This document shows positions 9,610 through 19,327 of a stretch of DNA of 64,000 nucleotides, in pieces. The translations under genes were made by a program, and so were the position numbers. The notes below the pieces were generated by a model. It was not told the DNA's origin, searched no databases, and saw only the letters and a program-made list of their open reading frames with translations. Positions within the stretch are counted from its first letter, which is position 1. The number at the start of each line of letters is the position of its first letter. This DNA is from a virus: the IMG/VR virus record IMGVR_UViG_3300027754_000067, positions 22,543 through 86,542 of that record; one strand, given 5' to 3'.

Positions 9610-10176
9610 ATGAAGAAGATCACCGAAACGGAACTGAAGAACATTCTGGAACAGCACCAGCTTTGGCTTTCTATCAGTGGGCAGGGAGGAAAACGTGCAA
9701 ACCTCCGTGATGCAAACCTCACGGGTGCAAACCTCTATTGTGCAAACCTCCGTGGAGCAAACCTCATTGGTGCAAACCTCACGGATGCAAACCTCGAAGA
9801 TGCAATCCTCCGTGGTGCAAACCTCGTTGGTGCAAACCTCGGGGGTGCAAACCTCCGTGGTGCAAACCTCACGGATGCAAACCTCACGGATGCAAACCTC
9901 GAAGATGCAAACCTCCGTGGTGCAGACCTCGTTGGTGCAAACCTCGAATATGCAGACCTCGAATATGCAGACCTCGGGGGTGCAGACCTGACGAATGCAT
10001 ACCTCACGGGTGCAAACCTCAATGACACGATTCTTGAGAAGAATAAGGCAGAGAAGCAGCCCGATATTTCTTCTGTCAAGTCTGAAACCAGCACTCGTCA
10101 AGCTCTTGAAAAGCTTGCCAAGGAGCATGGTTTTAAGATTGATTTAATTTCTTTGAGTTCATCTGACTTTCTATAA
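9610..10176 (+). CDS. pentapeptide-repeat protein
   Basis: ANLxx repeats; shares N- and C-termini with 89 and 4875. Confidence 0.95.
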   Translation: MKKITETELKNILEQHQLWLSISGQGGKRANLRDANLTGANLYCANLRGANLIGANLTDANLEDAILRGANLVGANLGGANLRGANLTDANLTDANLEDANLRGADLVGANLEYADLEYADLGGADLTNAYLTGANLNDTILEKNKAEKQPDISSVKSETSTRQALEKLAKEHGFKIDLISLSSSDFL

Positions 10177-10238
10177 GGATTTAATCCTTTACATCACACA
10201 TTCCATCTGATATAACCAATCCACAAGGAAATCAAACA

Positions 10239-10604
10239 ATGCTTATTGATACAAAGGAACTGACGAACGTCAAGGATATTATTAATGGCTTCCATGTTGA
10301 AGCCAAGAGGACTTGGATTGGGCACTGGTGCGGATATATCACGATCCCATCTACACACCCGTGGGCACAGTCAGAAGAGCCTTATGCTGAAGAATGTCAT
10401 ATTAACGTTCATGGTGGTGTTACCTTTCTCGAAAAGGATAATGATGGGAATACAGTTGTAGGATTTGACTGCGGTCATTCCTGCGATGCTTCTCCTTCAT
10501 GGAGTGAACACAAGTCATTTACGTCATCTGGCGGTGAATATCGTGATATTTATTATGTGCTTGATCAACTGAAGAGCCTTGCTAGTCAAGCAAGCAAGTT
10601 TTAA
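10239..10604 (+). CDS. conserved phage protein (WCGY..HGGVTF..GFDCGH)
   Basis: Recognisable His/Cys motif set. Confidence 0.8.
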   Translation: MLIDTKELTNVKDIINGFHVEAKRTWIGHWCGYITIPSTHPWAQSEEPYAEECHINVHGGVTFLEKDNDGNTVVGFDCGHSCDASPSWSEHKSFTSSGGEYRDIYYVLDQLKSLASQASKF

Positions 10605-11129
10605 TAATAATCCATTGACTATCACCAAGGAATCTAGTATATTCCATCTATAACAAAGCAAACGAGAGAAAAGCCAAACATGGATAACAAGATTGTTTTC
10701 GTGGTTTTGGGGGGATATTTTTATGAGTCCTCCATGGTTTACGGTGTTTTCAATTTCAAGGCTGATGCAGAAGCATTTAAGAAGTCAAGACTTGCTGACG
10801 CAGACAATCCCCTTGATTATCTTTCCATTGAAGAATTTAAAGTGCAGTAAAGATTAGACTTCCTGGGAGATGACTGATATAGTCAGACCACAAGAGACAA
10901 ACAAACGAGGGAGATGATCCATGAACAAGTGTGTTTGTTGCGGCAATAACTCTGGTTTGGCGACTTGGTTTGCTATTCGGGCTGTCAAGGGGAAGATGTC
11001 TGGTAGGGTTTTTTTCAAAGGTACCATCATCTGCGATCATTGTTTGGAGAACTTTTCTGCGGCATATTAAAATAAAGCCTTGATCTTCAAAGGATCATCT
11101 GGTAAGATAAGAGCACAAAGGGAGAAACA

Positions 11130-11426
11130 ATGTTCTACACTTTCCGACAGAATAACAGCGGCGGGTATTTCAGTGGTCCTGTCCTTGTATGTGTGGAGTG
11201 CGATTCTCTGGAACAGGCAAACGATCAAGCGGAACTCAATGGAATCTGTTTTGGTATGTTTGGAAGTTGTGAGTGTTGCGGACCTCGCTGGTCTACGGCA
11301 TACGATCAGGATAGCTTGACTGAGACTCCCACTTATTATGGTGATCTATTGACTGATTCTGGAGAATCTTGGGTAATCCACTACAAGGATGGCACAAATC
11401 TTTCTGGAGGAAAGAATCGCCGTTAA
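11130..11426 (+). CDS. conserved phage protein (QNNSGG..CECCGPRW)
   Basis: RBS GGGAG; recognisable motif. Confidence 0.75.
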   Translation: MFYTFRQNNSGGYFSGPVLVCVECDSLEQANDQAELNGICFGMFGSCECCGPRWSTAYDQDSLTETPTYYGDLLTDSGESWVIHYKDGTNLSGGKNRR

Positions 11427-11480
11427 AGGCTGATTTAATTCTTTGACAAATCCAGCATCACCCTATAAGATATAAAAACA

Positions 11481-11708
11481 ATGAGGAACAGAACAATCAA
11501 CAAGCAAACCAATAATCTTCACTTATTGGTTGTTGACGAGGGTATGTTCACAGTAATTGTTGAAGATGATATTGGGATTTACTTGAGTACGATTTCAGAA
11601 TTTCTTACAATTGCAGAGCTTGCAAAGCAAGAAGCTAGCAAGGCTTTTCCTGCTTCAAGCGTATATATTTACACTCGTAAGGGGAAAGAGATTATCCAGC
11701 AAAAGTAA
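11481..11708 (+). CDS. hypothetical protein
   Basis: Promoter plus ORF. Confidence 0.55.
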   Translation: MRNRTINKQTNNLHLLVVDEGMFTVIVEDDIGIYLSTISEFLTIAELAKQEASKAFPASSVYIYTRKGKEIIQQK

Positions 11709-11759
11709 GTGCTGAATTAATCTCTTGACTTCTCAAACAAAAGAGGGTAAGGTAAGAAC

Positions 11760-11954
11760 ATGGAAACGACGAACAAGTGGGGAGTGGCAGAGTGGCAGGG
11801 TCGCAATCTGGTGGTGATTGCCAAGGTTCCAAGCATGGAGGATGCCAGCAAGCTTGCCAAGGGAAATCAGCATGTAATGAATCTGGATGCTGGCAATTGG
11901 GCATTGATCCATCAGGATGGCAAGGATATTCTGCGATTGGTTCGAGATTTTTAA
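11760..11954 (+). CDS. hypothetical protein
   Basis: Leaderless promoter plus ORF. Confidence 0.65.
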   Translation: METTNKWGVAEWQGRNLVVIAKVPSMEDASKLAKGNQHVMNLDAGNWALIHQDGKDILRLVRDF

Positions 11955-12012
11955 TCCTAGACTTCTGCAAAGCAACCTGATAGATTGATTGAAGAAAGGG
12001 AAGAGACAAAAG

Positions 12013-12216
12013 ATGTACACCACTAAGAACTTCAAGTCTAAGAAGGATCTCAAGACTGCGATTGCTGGAGGTGAGCGGATTGGGATTTTTACTCCCGGTC
12101 TTGGCACGGTCCCTGCAAACGGCACTGTGTATCTTGAGGGTCCGCACTATCCTCTGCCCCACAAGTGGTATGCTCAAGCCACGGTTGTCAATGGGATTGT
12201 GACGAAGGTCAAGTGA
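12013..12216 (+). CDS. small conserved phage protein (EGPHYP.PHKWYA)
   Basis: Promoter, RBS and ORF. Confidence 0.7.
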   Translation: MYTTKNFKSKKDLKTAIAGGERIGIFTPGLGTVPANGTVYLEGPHYPLPHKWYAQATVVNGIVTKVK

Positions 12217-12345
12217 TTTAACAGTGGGGAGCGCATACTTAAAACGCTCAAGTTTTGCGGCAAACACAATAAAAAACAATATTGTTTGACTCTTCTGACA
12301 AACCCTGATAGTATCAAAACATCGAAAGGGCAAAGGAACAAAACA

Positions 12346-12699
12346 ATGACGACCATCAACAAGACCTCTCCTGAGTTCGTTTCTTGGTTCAATGCTTGCC
12401 AGACCATGATCGATACCTATATGAGCAACAGTTTCCCTTCTCTGGATCGTGAAGTTCTGGAGATTGAGGAAGGAAGCAAGTTTATTAAGGTTGTCAAGGT
12501 TGGACGACATCAGCGGTGTGTTTACGCCTTTGTTGCCAAGAGCAGCTTCACTACCAAGACCTTTGGCACGGTTAATGCCGGTGAGATTTACAAGCCATCC
12601 TCCTACAAGGCTCCAGCAAAGCACGCCCGTGGCTCGATTCTTGATGCGTCCAATGGAATGAGTCGAATGACCTGTTATGGTCCCGAATATCTCCGCTAG
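12346..12699 (+). CDS. conserved phage protein (GEIYKP.S.KAPAKHARG.I)
   Basis: RBS AAGGA; recognisable motif. Confidence 0.75.
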   Translation: MTTINKTSPEFVSWFNACQTMIDTYMSNSFPSLDREVLEIEEGSKFIKVVKVGRHQRCVYAFVAKSSFTTKTFGTVNAGEIYKPSSYKAPAKHARGSILDASNGMSRMTCYGPEYLR

Positions 12700-12833
12700 C
12701 AAATAGCGTACCAAGGTGGGGAGCGTATACCAATCCAATAACGCTCAAGGGATGCGGCAAACATCTTAAATTTAATCCTAGACTTCTCCCAAGCAACCTG
12801 ATAGAGTGATTGAAGAAAGGCAAGGGTAACTCA

Positions 12834-13142
12834 ATGGCTTTCATCGCACCAGAGTTTGCTAATGTCGAGGCTTTCGTCCAATTCTGTTTCGATGATGACA
12901 AGGCAACCTTCATGCCAGGAGATGCACAAAAGATTGCCGCAAACACCAAGCGCCCCATGCAGGAAGTGATGGCAGAGCTTAAGGGTTACGGTTTGAAGTG
13001 CATCCTTAATCACGTCCAGAAGGACATTAGAGGCTGCACGAGCAACCCTAACGGTACTTTCCCGTTCTCTGGTGCGAACTCGACGCATACCACCTCTGGT
13101 GGCTCTAATATCCAAGGTTTTGCAGGGCGATCAGGCTCCTAG
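12834..13142 (+). CDS. hypothetical protein
   Basis: Promoter, RBS and ORF. Confidence 0.65.
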   Translation: MAFIAPEFANVEAFVQFCFDDDKATFMPGDAQKIAANTKRPMQEVMAELKGYGLKCILNHVQKDIRGCTSNPNGTFPFSGANSTHTTSGGSNIQGFAGRSGS

Positions 13143-13274
13143 TAAGTAGGATGCCAAGTGGGAGGGCGCATACTTATCACGCCCGAATATTGCGGCAAAC
13201 ACCTTAAAAATAATACTTTACTTCTCCGAGAGCATCCTGTAAGATTATCTACATCAACCAAGAAAGAAAAAACA

Positions 13275-13484
13275 ATGACAATGCTCGCAATCATGATTGT
13301 TGCTACTGTTCTTTCTGGTATTGCTACTACCCTTTCTTTTTTTGTTTGTATGGATGCTTCTACTTCTAGAAAGTATATCATTCAAGCAACGCTTTGGTTT
13401 TTGTTTTCTTTTGTTGCATTCATTTTGTTTGGGTGTTACACCATGATTTATTTTATTAGAGAAATCGCTCTTCATTGTCCGTGA
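13275..13484 (+). CDS. small membrane protein
   Basis: Two hydrophobic segments. Confidence 0.55.
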   Translation: MTMLAIMIVATVLSGIATTLSFFVCMDASTSRKYIIQATLWFLFSFVAFILFGCYTMIYFIREIALHCP

Positions 13485-13562
13485 GCAGTATCGAAAATAT
13501 TATTTTTCTTGGTGCCAATTAAATCCTTTGACTTCTCCAGCAACAAAAGATAAGGTAAGACC

Positions 13563-13748
13563 ATGAAGCGAACTGATACAGAACACGCAAGCTGCCATGA
13601 AGAAGATGATTTCTGCCATCACTGTGAGCATTATGAAAGCACTGATAGTCAAGTGATTAGAAACCATCATGCAAAGACTGCACGAGAGTTTCGCAAGGGT
13701 GATAAGAAGCGCATCATGGAAGAATGGGGCGACCCTACCAAGGACTGA
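13563..13748 (+). CDS. hypothetical His/Cys-rich protein
   Basis: Leaderless promoter plus ORF. Confidence 0.55.
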   Translation: MKRTDTEHASCHEEDDFCHHCEHYESTDSQVIRNHHAKTAREFRKGDKKRIMEEWGDPTKD

Positions 13749-13792
13749 TTTAATCGGTTGACTTCTCCAGCAATAAAGGGTAGGATACATCA

Positions 13793-14056
13793 ATGGCAAA
13801 CTTCAAGCATGATTGCGACAAATGTATTCTTCTGAGTTCAACAGAATATAAGTTTGACGATAACGAAGACCTATATCTTTGTCCAAACTCTTCTATTGAC
13901 AAGAAAGGATCAATCGTTGTAAGGTACAGTGACGAAGGAAGTGACTACCAATCTTTCCCTGTAAAAATGATTGAAGAGAACTCAGGACACCTGATTCAAT
14001 TGCCAGTATCATTAAGAATTGGTTATGAGATCGCAAAGCAAAAGGAATTGATTTAA
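13793..14056 (+). CDS. hypothetical protein (HDCDKC..DLYLC)
   Basis: Leaderless promoter plus ORF. Confidence 0.65.
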   Translation: MANFKHDCDKCILLSSTEYKFDDNEDLYLCPNSSIDKKGSIVVRYSDEGSDYQSFPVKMIEENSGHLIQLPVSLRIGYEIAKQKELI

Positions 14057-14271
14057 TCGGTTGACTCTTTGATCTGTTTCTGATAGTATCATTTTCATCG
14101 GTAGGAACAAAGAAAGGCCGTCAACAATGACTCTCTTCATCTCTCTCTTCATTGTGGTTTCTTTTGCTGGTCTTAAGATTGTTCGATTGACCGATTAATG
14201 GTTTGACTTTCTAACGAGCATCCTGTAAGATCAGTCAACATCAACGGACAACAGCAAGGAGAATAAAGATC

Positions 14272-14523
14272 ATGGCTTCTATTCACTACAAGTCTTTTGT
14301 TGATTTTGTCAACACTGGCAAGACTCAGCGGCATGGAGCTTTGGTTATGAAGGGTGATACGGTTGTTTCATATAGCACGGTGATTGCGAAGGTTGACCGT
14401 GCGAACAAGGTTATTGACTTTTGCCCCAAGAAGTATTCTGTTACTACTTCTCGGCATCAGAGTGCGGTAACGACTGGCCTTTCATTCCTTACTTCTGGGT
14501 GGAGCTTGAACCATAGCCTGTAA
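14272..14523 (+). CDS. conserved phage protein (SYST.IA..YSVTTSRHQ)
   Basis: AAGGAG RBS; recognisable motif. Confidence 0.75.
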   Translation: MASIHYKSFVDFVNTGKTQRHGALVMKGDTVVSYSTVIAKVDRANKVIDFCPKKYSVTTSRHQSAVTTGLSFLTSGWSLNHSL

Positions 14524-14906
14524 GGCTTCCAGAAGCCATTTAAAGGCTTCCTAGATCCGATCGTGCCTGATAGTGGCATGGGATGCAGGAAGCCTTTAAA
14601 GAGGCTTATAGAGCTTGATGCAAAGGTCAAACCAAGTTTTGCGGCAAACACCTTAAAATTAATCCGTTGACTATCTCACCAGAATAACCTATAACAAGGA
14701 CATGGAAGAGATGAGCAATACCACAACGGCAGAAGAAGAGGAATACTTCCTGCGGCTTCAGCAAGAAGACAAGGATCATGCCAAGTGGCTTGAGCAAAAT
14801 CCACTCTTTGAAGATGATCCAGATCCTCAGAAGTATTGATCGTTTTATTCTTGACTCTTAGATCTACTTCTGGTAGAGTGATTGAAGAAAGCGAGAGGGA
14901 AACATC

Positions 14907-15155
14907 ATGGTTCAGTTCTCTGATGGCTTCAAGGTTTCGATTGGGGATACCGTTGGATTCTTTACTCGCCATGGTTCCAATGGTAGAGGTGAAGTAATTG
15001 GCTTCTCCCGCAGCAGGGGAGCAACCACTGTGCTTGTCAAGCCCAATGCAGAAACCAATTTCGGATCTTATGACCGTTGGCCCTTGAAGGATGGTGGCTT
15101 TTATTCACGCATGGAATCCGAGGGTCTCTTTGGGGGAGAGATTTTCCGCAAGTAG
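14907..15155 (+). CDS. hypothetical protein
   Basis: Promoter, RBS and ORF. Confidence 0.6.
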   Translation: MVQFSDGFKVSIGDTVGFFTRHGSNGRGEVIGFSRSRGATTVLVKPNAETNFGSYDRWPLKDGGFYSRMESEGLFGGEIFRK

Positions 15156-15229
15156 CATACCAAGTTTTGCGGCAAACACCTTAAAATTAATCCTTTGACT
15201 TCTCAACCAACAAAGGGTAAGGTAAGAAC

Positions 15230-15418
15230 ATGGAAGCAAACCTCAGGCAGTATCAGATTGATGCAATCAACCAAGGATATCCTTGGGAGTGTGCTTGCGG
15301 AGAACTACATCGCACGAGAGAATCAGCAGTTAGTTGCCGCAAGTGTCGGCAGTACTGCATGGATCATGCCAATAGATCCAATCCCATTGATCTCCGCACC
15401 ATCAATCTTAACAAGTAA
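15230..15418 (+). CDS. small Zn-ribbon-like protein
   Basis: CACG..H...CRKC. Confidence 0.65.
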   Translation: MEANLRQYQIDAINQGYPWECACGELHRTRESAVSCRKCRQYCMDHANRSNPIDLRTINLNK

Positions 15419-15779
15419 GCTAATAGTGTAAAGCAAAAAATTAATTAATGGAAAAACCGGGAAGCGCATGGTATAAACGCTTATTATTCCGATCGCAAAA
15501 GAAAATTAATTCTGCGAACACTATATATCCAGTGAAAGCTAATTGACTCTGCCTAAGAATGAACGGCGCTGTATGCTAGATATGCATGACGGCAGACAAG
15601 AAAAGTTTTCAATGCCTTGAATCAGTTAGAATAACATAACTCCAGCCTGAAGTCAATCAATTTAAACATATTGAAACGACCAAGGGCTTTCGGTGTTTGT
15701 TGCCAATGCAAAAACAATGCCGCAAACATACCAATTTTAATCCTTTGACTCTTCAAGCAGAATCAAGTAAGGTAAGAAT

Positions 15780-15965
15780 ATGAAGAGCCGATTGAATCAA
15801 ATCAAGGCGTCACTCACTGCACCTCGCATGATCGGAAACCACAAGGAATGCGGTGGTGAGGTGTTCTATCACTCTGGCCGCAGTTTTGCTTATCGTCAGT
15901 GCAGTCAGTGTGGCCAAAACGGAATGCATGGAACCCTTAGCCCCACACTTGAAACAGAGCGATAA
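15780..15965 (+). CDS. small Zn-ribbon-like protein
   Basis: HKECGG...CSQCG. Confidence 0.6.
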   Translation: MKSRLNQIKASLTAPRMIGNHKECGGEVFYHSGRSFAYRQCSQCGQNGMHGTLSPTLETER

Positions 15966-16028
15966 AAGAACTTCTCTGATTTAATCCTTTGACAATCCAA
16001 CCAACAAAAGGTAAGGTAAGGTAAGAGC

Positions 16029-16244
16029 ATGAACAACGAGATCTCTGAGTATGAAGGCTGGGAGAATGATTACGATAACTCCCATGGTGACACTCAAGGT
16101 GATACCTTTACCGACGATGGTGCCGATCCCGGTGGAGACAACTACGATGATTCAATGGATGGTGACTTCGACTCTGGCATGGCAAGTGCAGGTTGGGGTA
16201 CAGATGAATCTTATGGATATTTCGGAAACGATGAAGATTTCTGA
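16029..16244 (+). CDS. very acidic small protein
   Basis: D/E-rich, no Lys or Arg; DSMDGD.DS..ASAGWGTDE.YG. Confidence 0.75.
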   Translation: MNNEISEYEGWENDYDNSHGDTQGDTFTDDGADPGGDNYDDSMDGDFDSGMASAGWGTDESYGYFGNDEDF

Positions 16245-16367
16245 ATAATCCCTTGACTCTTCCTTAGCTTCCTGATACTCTCTCTTAACTGAAAACAAAG
16301 ACACAAACCAAGTCCAGAGATAAAAGAATCTCTTGACAATCCAAACAGGAAAGTGTAGAGTAGAACA

Positions 16368-16913
16368 ATGAAGATCACCGCTAACGATCTGGTGGCCGCT
16401 GTTTCTAACGCTTCTGGCTTCTGTACGGTAACGACCCGTACTGTACCCCGAATGAAGGGTGGCAAGAGCAACCCTTATGCCAATCGTGTTTGGAATCGTA
16501 CTGAGCGATGCGGAATGTTTGGCGTCTCTTATGAGAATGCCGTCCGCTCCCAGCGGACTCGTGAAGGCCACGAGGAGCCTAGCAGCTTCCATGCCGAGTC
16601 TCTCTGGAAGGGTGCTGGAAAGCGTCTCAATCGGAACATCGTGGAGAACGTGAACACTGGCAAGCTTTACATGGTGATGTATCCCGTCCGTGCAAACGGT
16701 ATGCCAGCGAACCGCAGCACGGAATGGTTTGTCGATGATCGCCCTGCAACGGAGCAGGAGGTGGCAGAGATCAAGCAATACCTGTACCAGCCTTCCTTTA
16801 ATCCTGCTGCAAAGCAGGAGACTGAAGAAGCGGTAGCTTGGCGCACCTTTTGCCTTGAGAATGTCGAGGTTGTTAACTGTGAGGGTAACACCTTTGAGGT
16901 GTCTTACAGCTAG
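16368..16913 (+). CDS. conserved hypothetical phage protein
   Basis: 181-aa ORF with its own promoter. Confidence 0.75.
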   Translation: MKITANDLVAAVSNASGFCTVTTRTVPRMKGGKSNPYANRVWNRTERCGMFGVSYENAVRSQRTREGHEEPSSFHAESLWKGAGKRLNRNIVENVNTGKLYMVMYPVRANGMPANRSTEWFVDDRPATEQEVAEIKQYLYQPSFNPAAKQETEEAVAWRTFCLENVEVVNCEGNTFEVSYS

Positions 16914-16920
16914 CAACCAT

Positions 16921-16970
16921 CATGCCAAGGACAAGGGTTCTGCCATAAACGGAACCCTTGTCTCGGCATC
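16921..16970. repeat. long hairpin, paralogous to 18555-18600
   Basis: ATGCC..GACAAGGGTTC/GAACCCTTGTC..GGCAT. Confidence 0.7.
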
Positions 16971-17167
16971 CTACCAGAACCCTCCTAAGCGCCTTTAAAC
17001 GGCCCTAGAAGGCTCGCAAACGCCAACAACGGGCAATCTGCCATTGGCGCAGCAAGAGGCATAGAATAGCCTTTAAATCAGTCATGCAAAGGCAATGCCA
17101 AACTCTGCGGCAAACACACTAAATTTAATTCATTGACTCTTCAATCAGAATCCAGTAAGGTAAGAGC

Positions 17168-17422
17168 ATGAACAGCAGAGATCATGAGGAACTAACAGAG
17201 ATCCACGAGAAGATGCTTGAACTCGTGAATGATGTTGAAAGAATCATGCGACGAGAAGGAGGGATTGAATATGAGCGAGCCAAGGGATATTGGCTTGCAA
17301 ACATTAAAATGGGATTGACAAACAATCATGGGTATCTTAGTATGCCCATGTTCAACATGGAAACTGCAATCAGTGCGCTGGAACCATGCGAGGATGAAGA
17401 TCAGGAAGAAGATTCCGATTAA
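17168..17422 (+). CDS. hypothetical protein
   Basis: Leaderless promoter; ends EEDSD. Confidence 0.7.
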   Translation: MNSRDHEELTEIHEKMLELVNDVERIMRREGGIEYERAKGYWLANIKMGLTNNHGYLSMPMFNMETAISALEPCEDEDQEEDSD

Positions 17423-17493
17423 GTTAATCCCTTGACTCTCCCTTCAAACCCTGATAATCTCTCCTAACTGGAACGGAACAAAGGAGCAACAAA

Positions 17494-17724
17494 ATGAAGT
17501 GCTGCAAGGTTTCTATCTCTGGAATGATGCACTCCCATGATTGCCTTGACAATCCAAGGGAATATGTCTATAGCTTCTATCAGGATTCCGACGACTCCGA
17601 CGATGATACTATCCAAACGGCTCACGTTTCAATCGTCGAGCAAAACGAAGAGCCCGAATCCGATCATGGCACCATGATTGCATCAGATGATTCCGAGGAT
17701 GACAACGACGAAGATTCCGATTAA
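17494..17724 (+). CDS. acidic hypothetical protein
   Basis: AAGGAG RBS; ends DEDSD. Confidence 0.6.
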   Translation: MKCCKVSISGMMHSHDCLDNPREYVYSFYQDSDDSDDDTIQTAHVSIVEQNEEPESDHGTMIASDDSEDDNDEDSD

Positions 17725-17861
17725 GTTAATCCCTTGACTCTGCAATCCAAGTCTGATATAACAGAATAGTCGGAGGGAAGAACAAAACAAAGAGCAGCAA
17801 AAGAATCACTGGACTTCTGAATCGCAATCTGGTAAAACAGTCTCTAGAAGGAATCAGACAA

Positions 17862-18179
17862 ATGAACTTCACCATCCCGAATCGTATCATTGTCTCTAAC
17901 TCCCTTGGTTTCCGCTATCATGCGAAGAATCCCGGCAAGCTCTTTGCCATGTCTGTCAAGGGACAGGATCGTGAAACCGTGTTCACGGTGCTTTCACTCA
18001 AGGGAAGCATGGGCCGACCTTGCAAGGGTGATACCAAGGGTTTCGGAGTCAAGACTCATGCCGTGATCCGAAACGGATTCACTGGCCGAAAGTCCACCGT
18101 GCTTCTGTCAACCCTTGTTGACCGCAATGTGCGATATGTTGGCATGAAGCATGAAGTGATCGCCTACTTTAGCCGGTAA
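17862..18179 (+). CDS. basic hypothetical protein
   Basis: Promoter, RBS and ORF. Confidence 0.7.
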   Translation: MNFTIPNRIIVSNSLGFRYHAKNPGKLFAMSVKGQDRETVFTVLSLKGSMGRPCKGDTKGFGVKTHAVIRNGFTGRKSTVLLSTLVDRNVRYVGMKHEVIAYFSR

Positions 18180-18306
18180 GCAATAACTGTACCAGTGGGG
18201 AGCGCATACTTAAAACGCTCAAATTTTGCGGCAAACACCTTAAAATTTAATACCTTGACTCTCCCTTCAATCTCTGATAGAGTGATTGAAGAAAGCGAGA
18301 GACTGA

Positions 18307-18546
18307 ATGACAACTTACATCCTCAAGAATGGTGAGATTGTTTTGTTTCTTGTCATGGCAACGGAACCTATTGGTGGATGCCGTTTACCTTATCTTAAAA
18401 CATTCTCGGAGGATGAAGCATTGAATGCCGCAATGACGCTTGAATCTGATTGGGGCGCTGGTGCAAGGGTAAAGATTTGTGAGCACTACATCTCCCAAAG
18501 AATGTGGGAACACAAGTACAAAACCCCTTGGCCTATCGCTCAATAG
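18307..18546 (+). CDS. hypothetical protein
   Basis: Promoter plus ORF. Confidence 0.55.
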   Translation: MTTYILKNGEIVLFLVMATEPIGGCRLPYLKTFSEDEALNAAMTLESDWGAGARVKICEHYISQRMWEHKYKTPWPIAQ

Positions 18547-18554
18547 CAAACACC

Positions 18555-18600
18555 ATACCAAGGCAAGGGTTCCAATCCAACGGAACCCTTGCTCTGGTAT
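18555..18600. repeat. long hairpin, paralogous to 16921-16970
   Basis: ATACC..GCAAGGGTTCC/GGAACCCTTGC..GGTAT. Confidence 0.7.
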
Positions 18601-18807
18601 CCCTCTCTAATATGCCTCTCTCTGGCATCAGGAACGCCCAACAGAGCCGTTAAATCCTTTCAACGGACAATCTACCGTTAGGGAAATGAGAGCCCAAGAA
18701 ACGCTGCAAATCTGTCAATAGGAATAGCAGGGCAAACACCTTAAAATTAATCCTTTGACAATCTAACAGGAATCCAGTAAGATCAAAACAGATCAAAGAG
18801 AGCCTAG

Positions 18808-18834
18808 ATGAACAAAAGCCGAGACGGCCCCTAA
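18808..18834 (+). CDS. micro-ORF MNKSRDGP
   Basis: Own promoter; first of three tandem units. Confidence 0.55.
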   Translation: MNKSRDGP

Positions 18835-18932
18835 TAAAATCCTTTGCAAACCTCTGGAGTGCAGACCTCAATTAAATGCCTTGACTCTTCAATCAGAATC
18901 CAGTAAGATCAGAACATAACAAAGGAACCTAG

Positions 18933-18959
18933 ATGCAAAAGATCCGAGACGGTCCCTAA
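18933..18959 (+). CDS. micro-ORF MQKIRDGP
   Basis: Own promoter; AAAGGA RBS. Confidence 0.6.
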   Translation: MQKIRDGP

Positions 18960-19070
18960 TAAAACTCTGTGCAAACTACACGGGTGCAAACCTCAATCAA
19001 TGCCTTGACTTCTCATTCAGAATCCAGTAAGATCAGATCACAAAGCAGATAACTAAAAGGAACCAACTAG

Positions 19071-19100
19071 ATGCAAAAGATCCGAGACGGTCCTATCTAA
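19071..19100 (+). CDS. micro-ORF MQKIRDGPI
   Basis: Own promoter; AAAGGA RBS. Confidence 0.6.
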   Translation: MQKIRDGPI

Positions 19101-19166
19101 ACTTCCTACAATCAATGGTTTGACATACCGGGGAGCGCATGGTATAAACGCTCATTACTAAGAAAA

Positions 19167-19255
19167 GCCCGAATGGTGGAATCGGCAGACACCGGAGACT
19201 TAAAATCTCTTGCTGCGAAAGTAGCGTACCAGTTCAAGTCTGGTTTCGGGCACCA
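19167..19255 (+). tRNA. trnL: tRNA-Leu(TAA)
   Basis: Full cloverleaf; anticodon arm GGAGA-CTTAAAA-TCTCT; long variable arm; encoded CCA; TTGACA-17-TATAAA promoter at 19120-19148. Confidence 0.95.
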
Positions 19256-19327
19256 TAAAAGAGATTTTAAGTCTCTTGACTTAAAACAAACAATCCTGTA
19301 AGCTAAGAACATCAAGGGAGCAAAACA

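Noticed and set aside
123-10128. Long alternative-frame ORFs (VQTS, CKPHG, RFAP repeats) over the pentapeptide genes
   Set aside because: Shadows of the stop-free 15-bp repeat; they lack their own promoter or RBS.
89-10176. Diversity-generating retroelement acting on the pentapeptide repeats
   Set aside because: No reverse transcriptase in the window, and the variation is not adenine-specific.
11692-12738. 348-aa minus-strand ORF (also 16152..16916 and 22051..22635)
   Set aside because: Antisense to well-supported promoter-led + strand genes; no recognisable motifs.
14522-14607. Integron attC site
   Set aside because: No RYYYAAC/GTTRRRY boxes seen and no integrase in the window.
18745-19110. 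CRISPR array
   Set aside because: Units are about 130 bp with promoters and similar, not unique, spacers; no cas genes.
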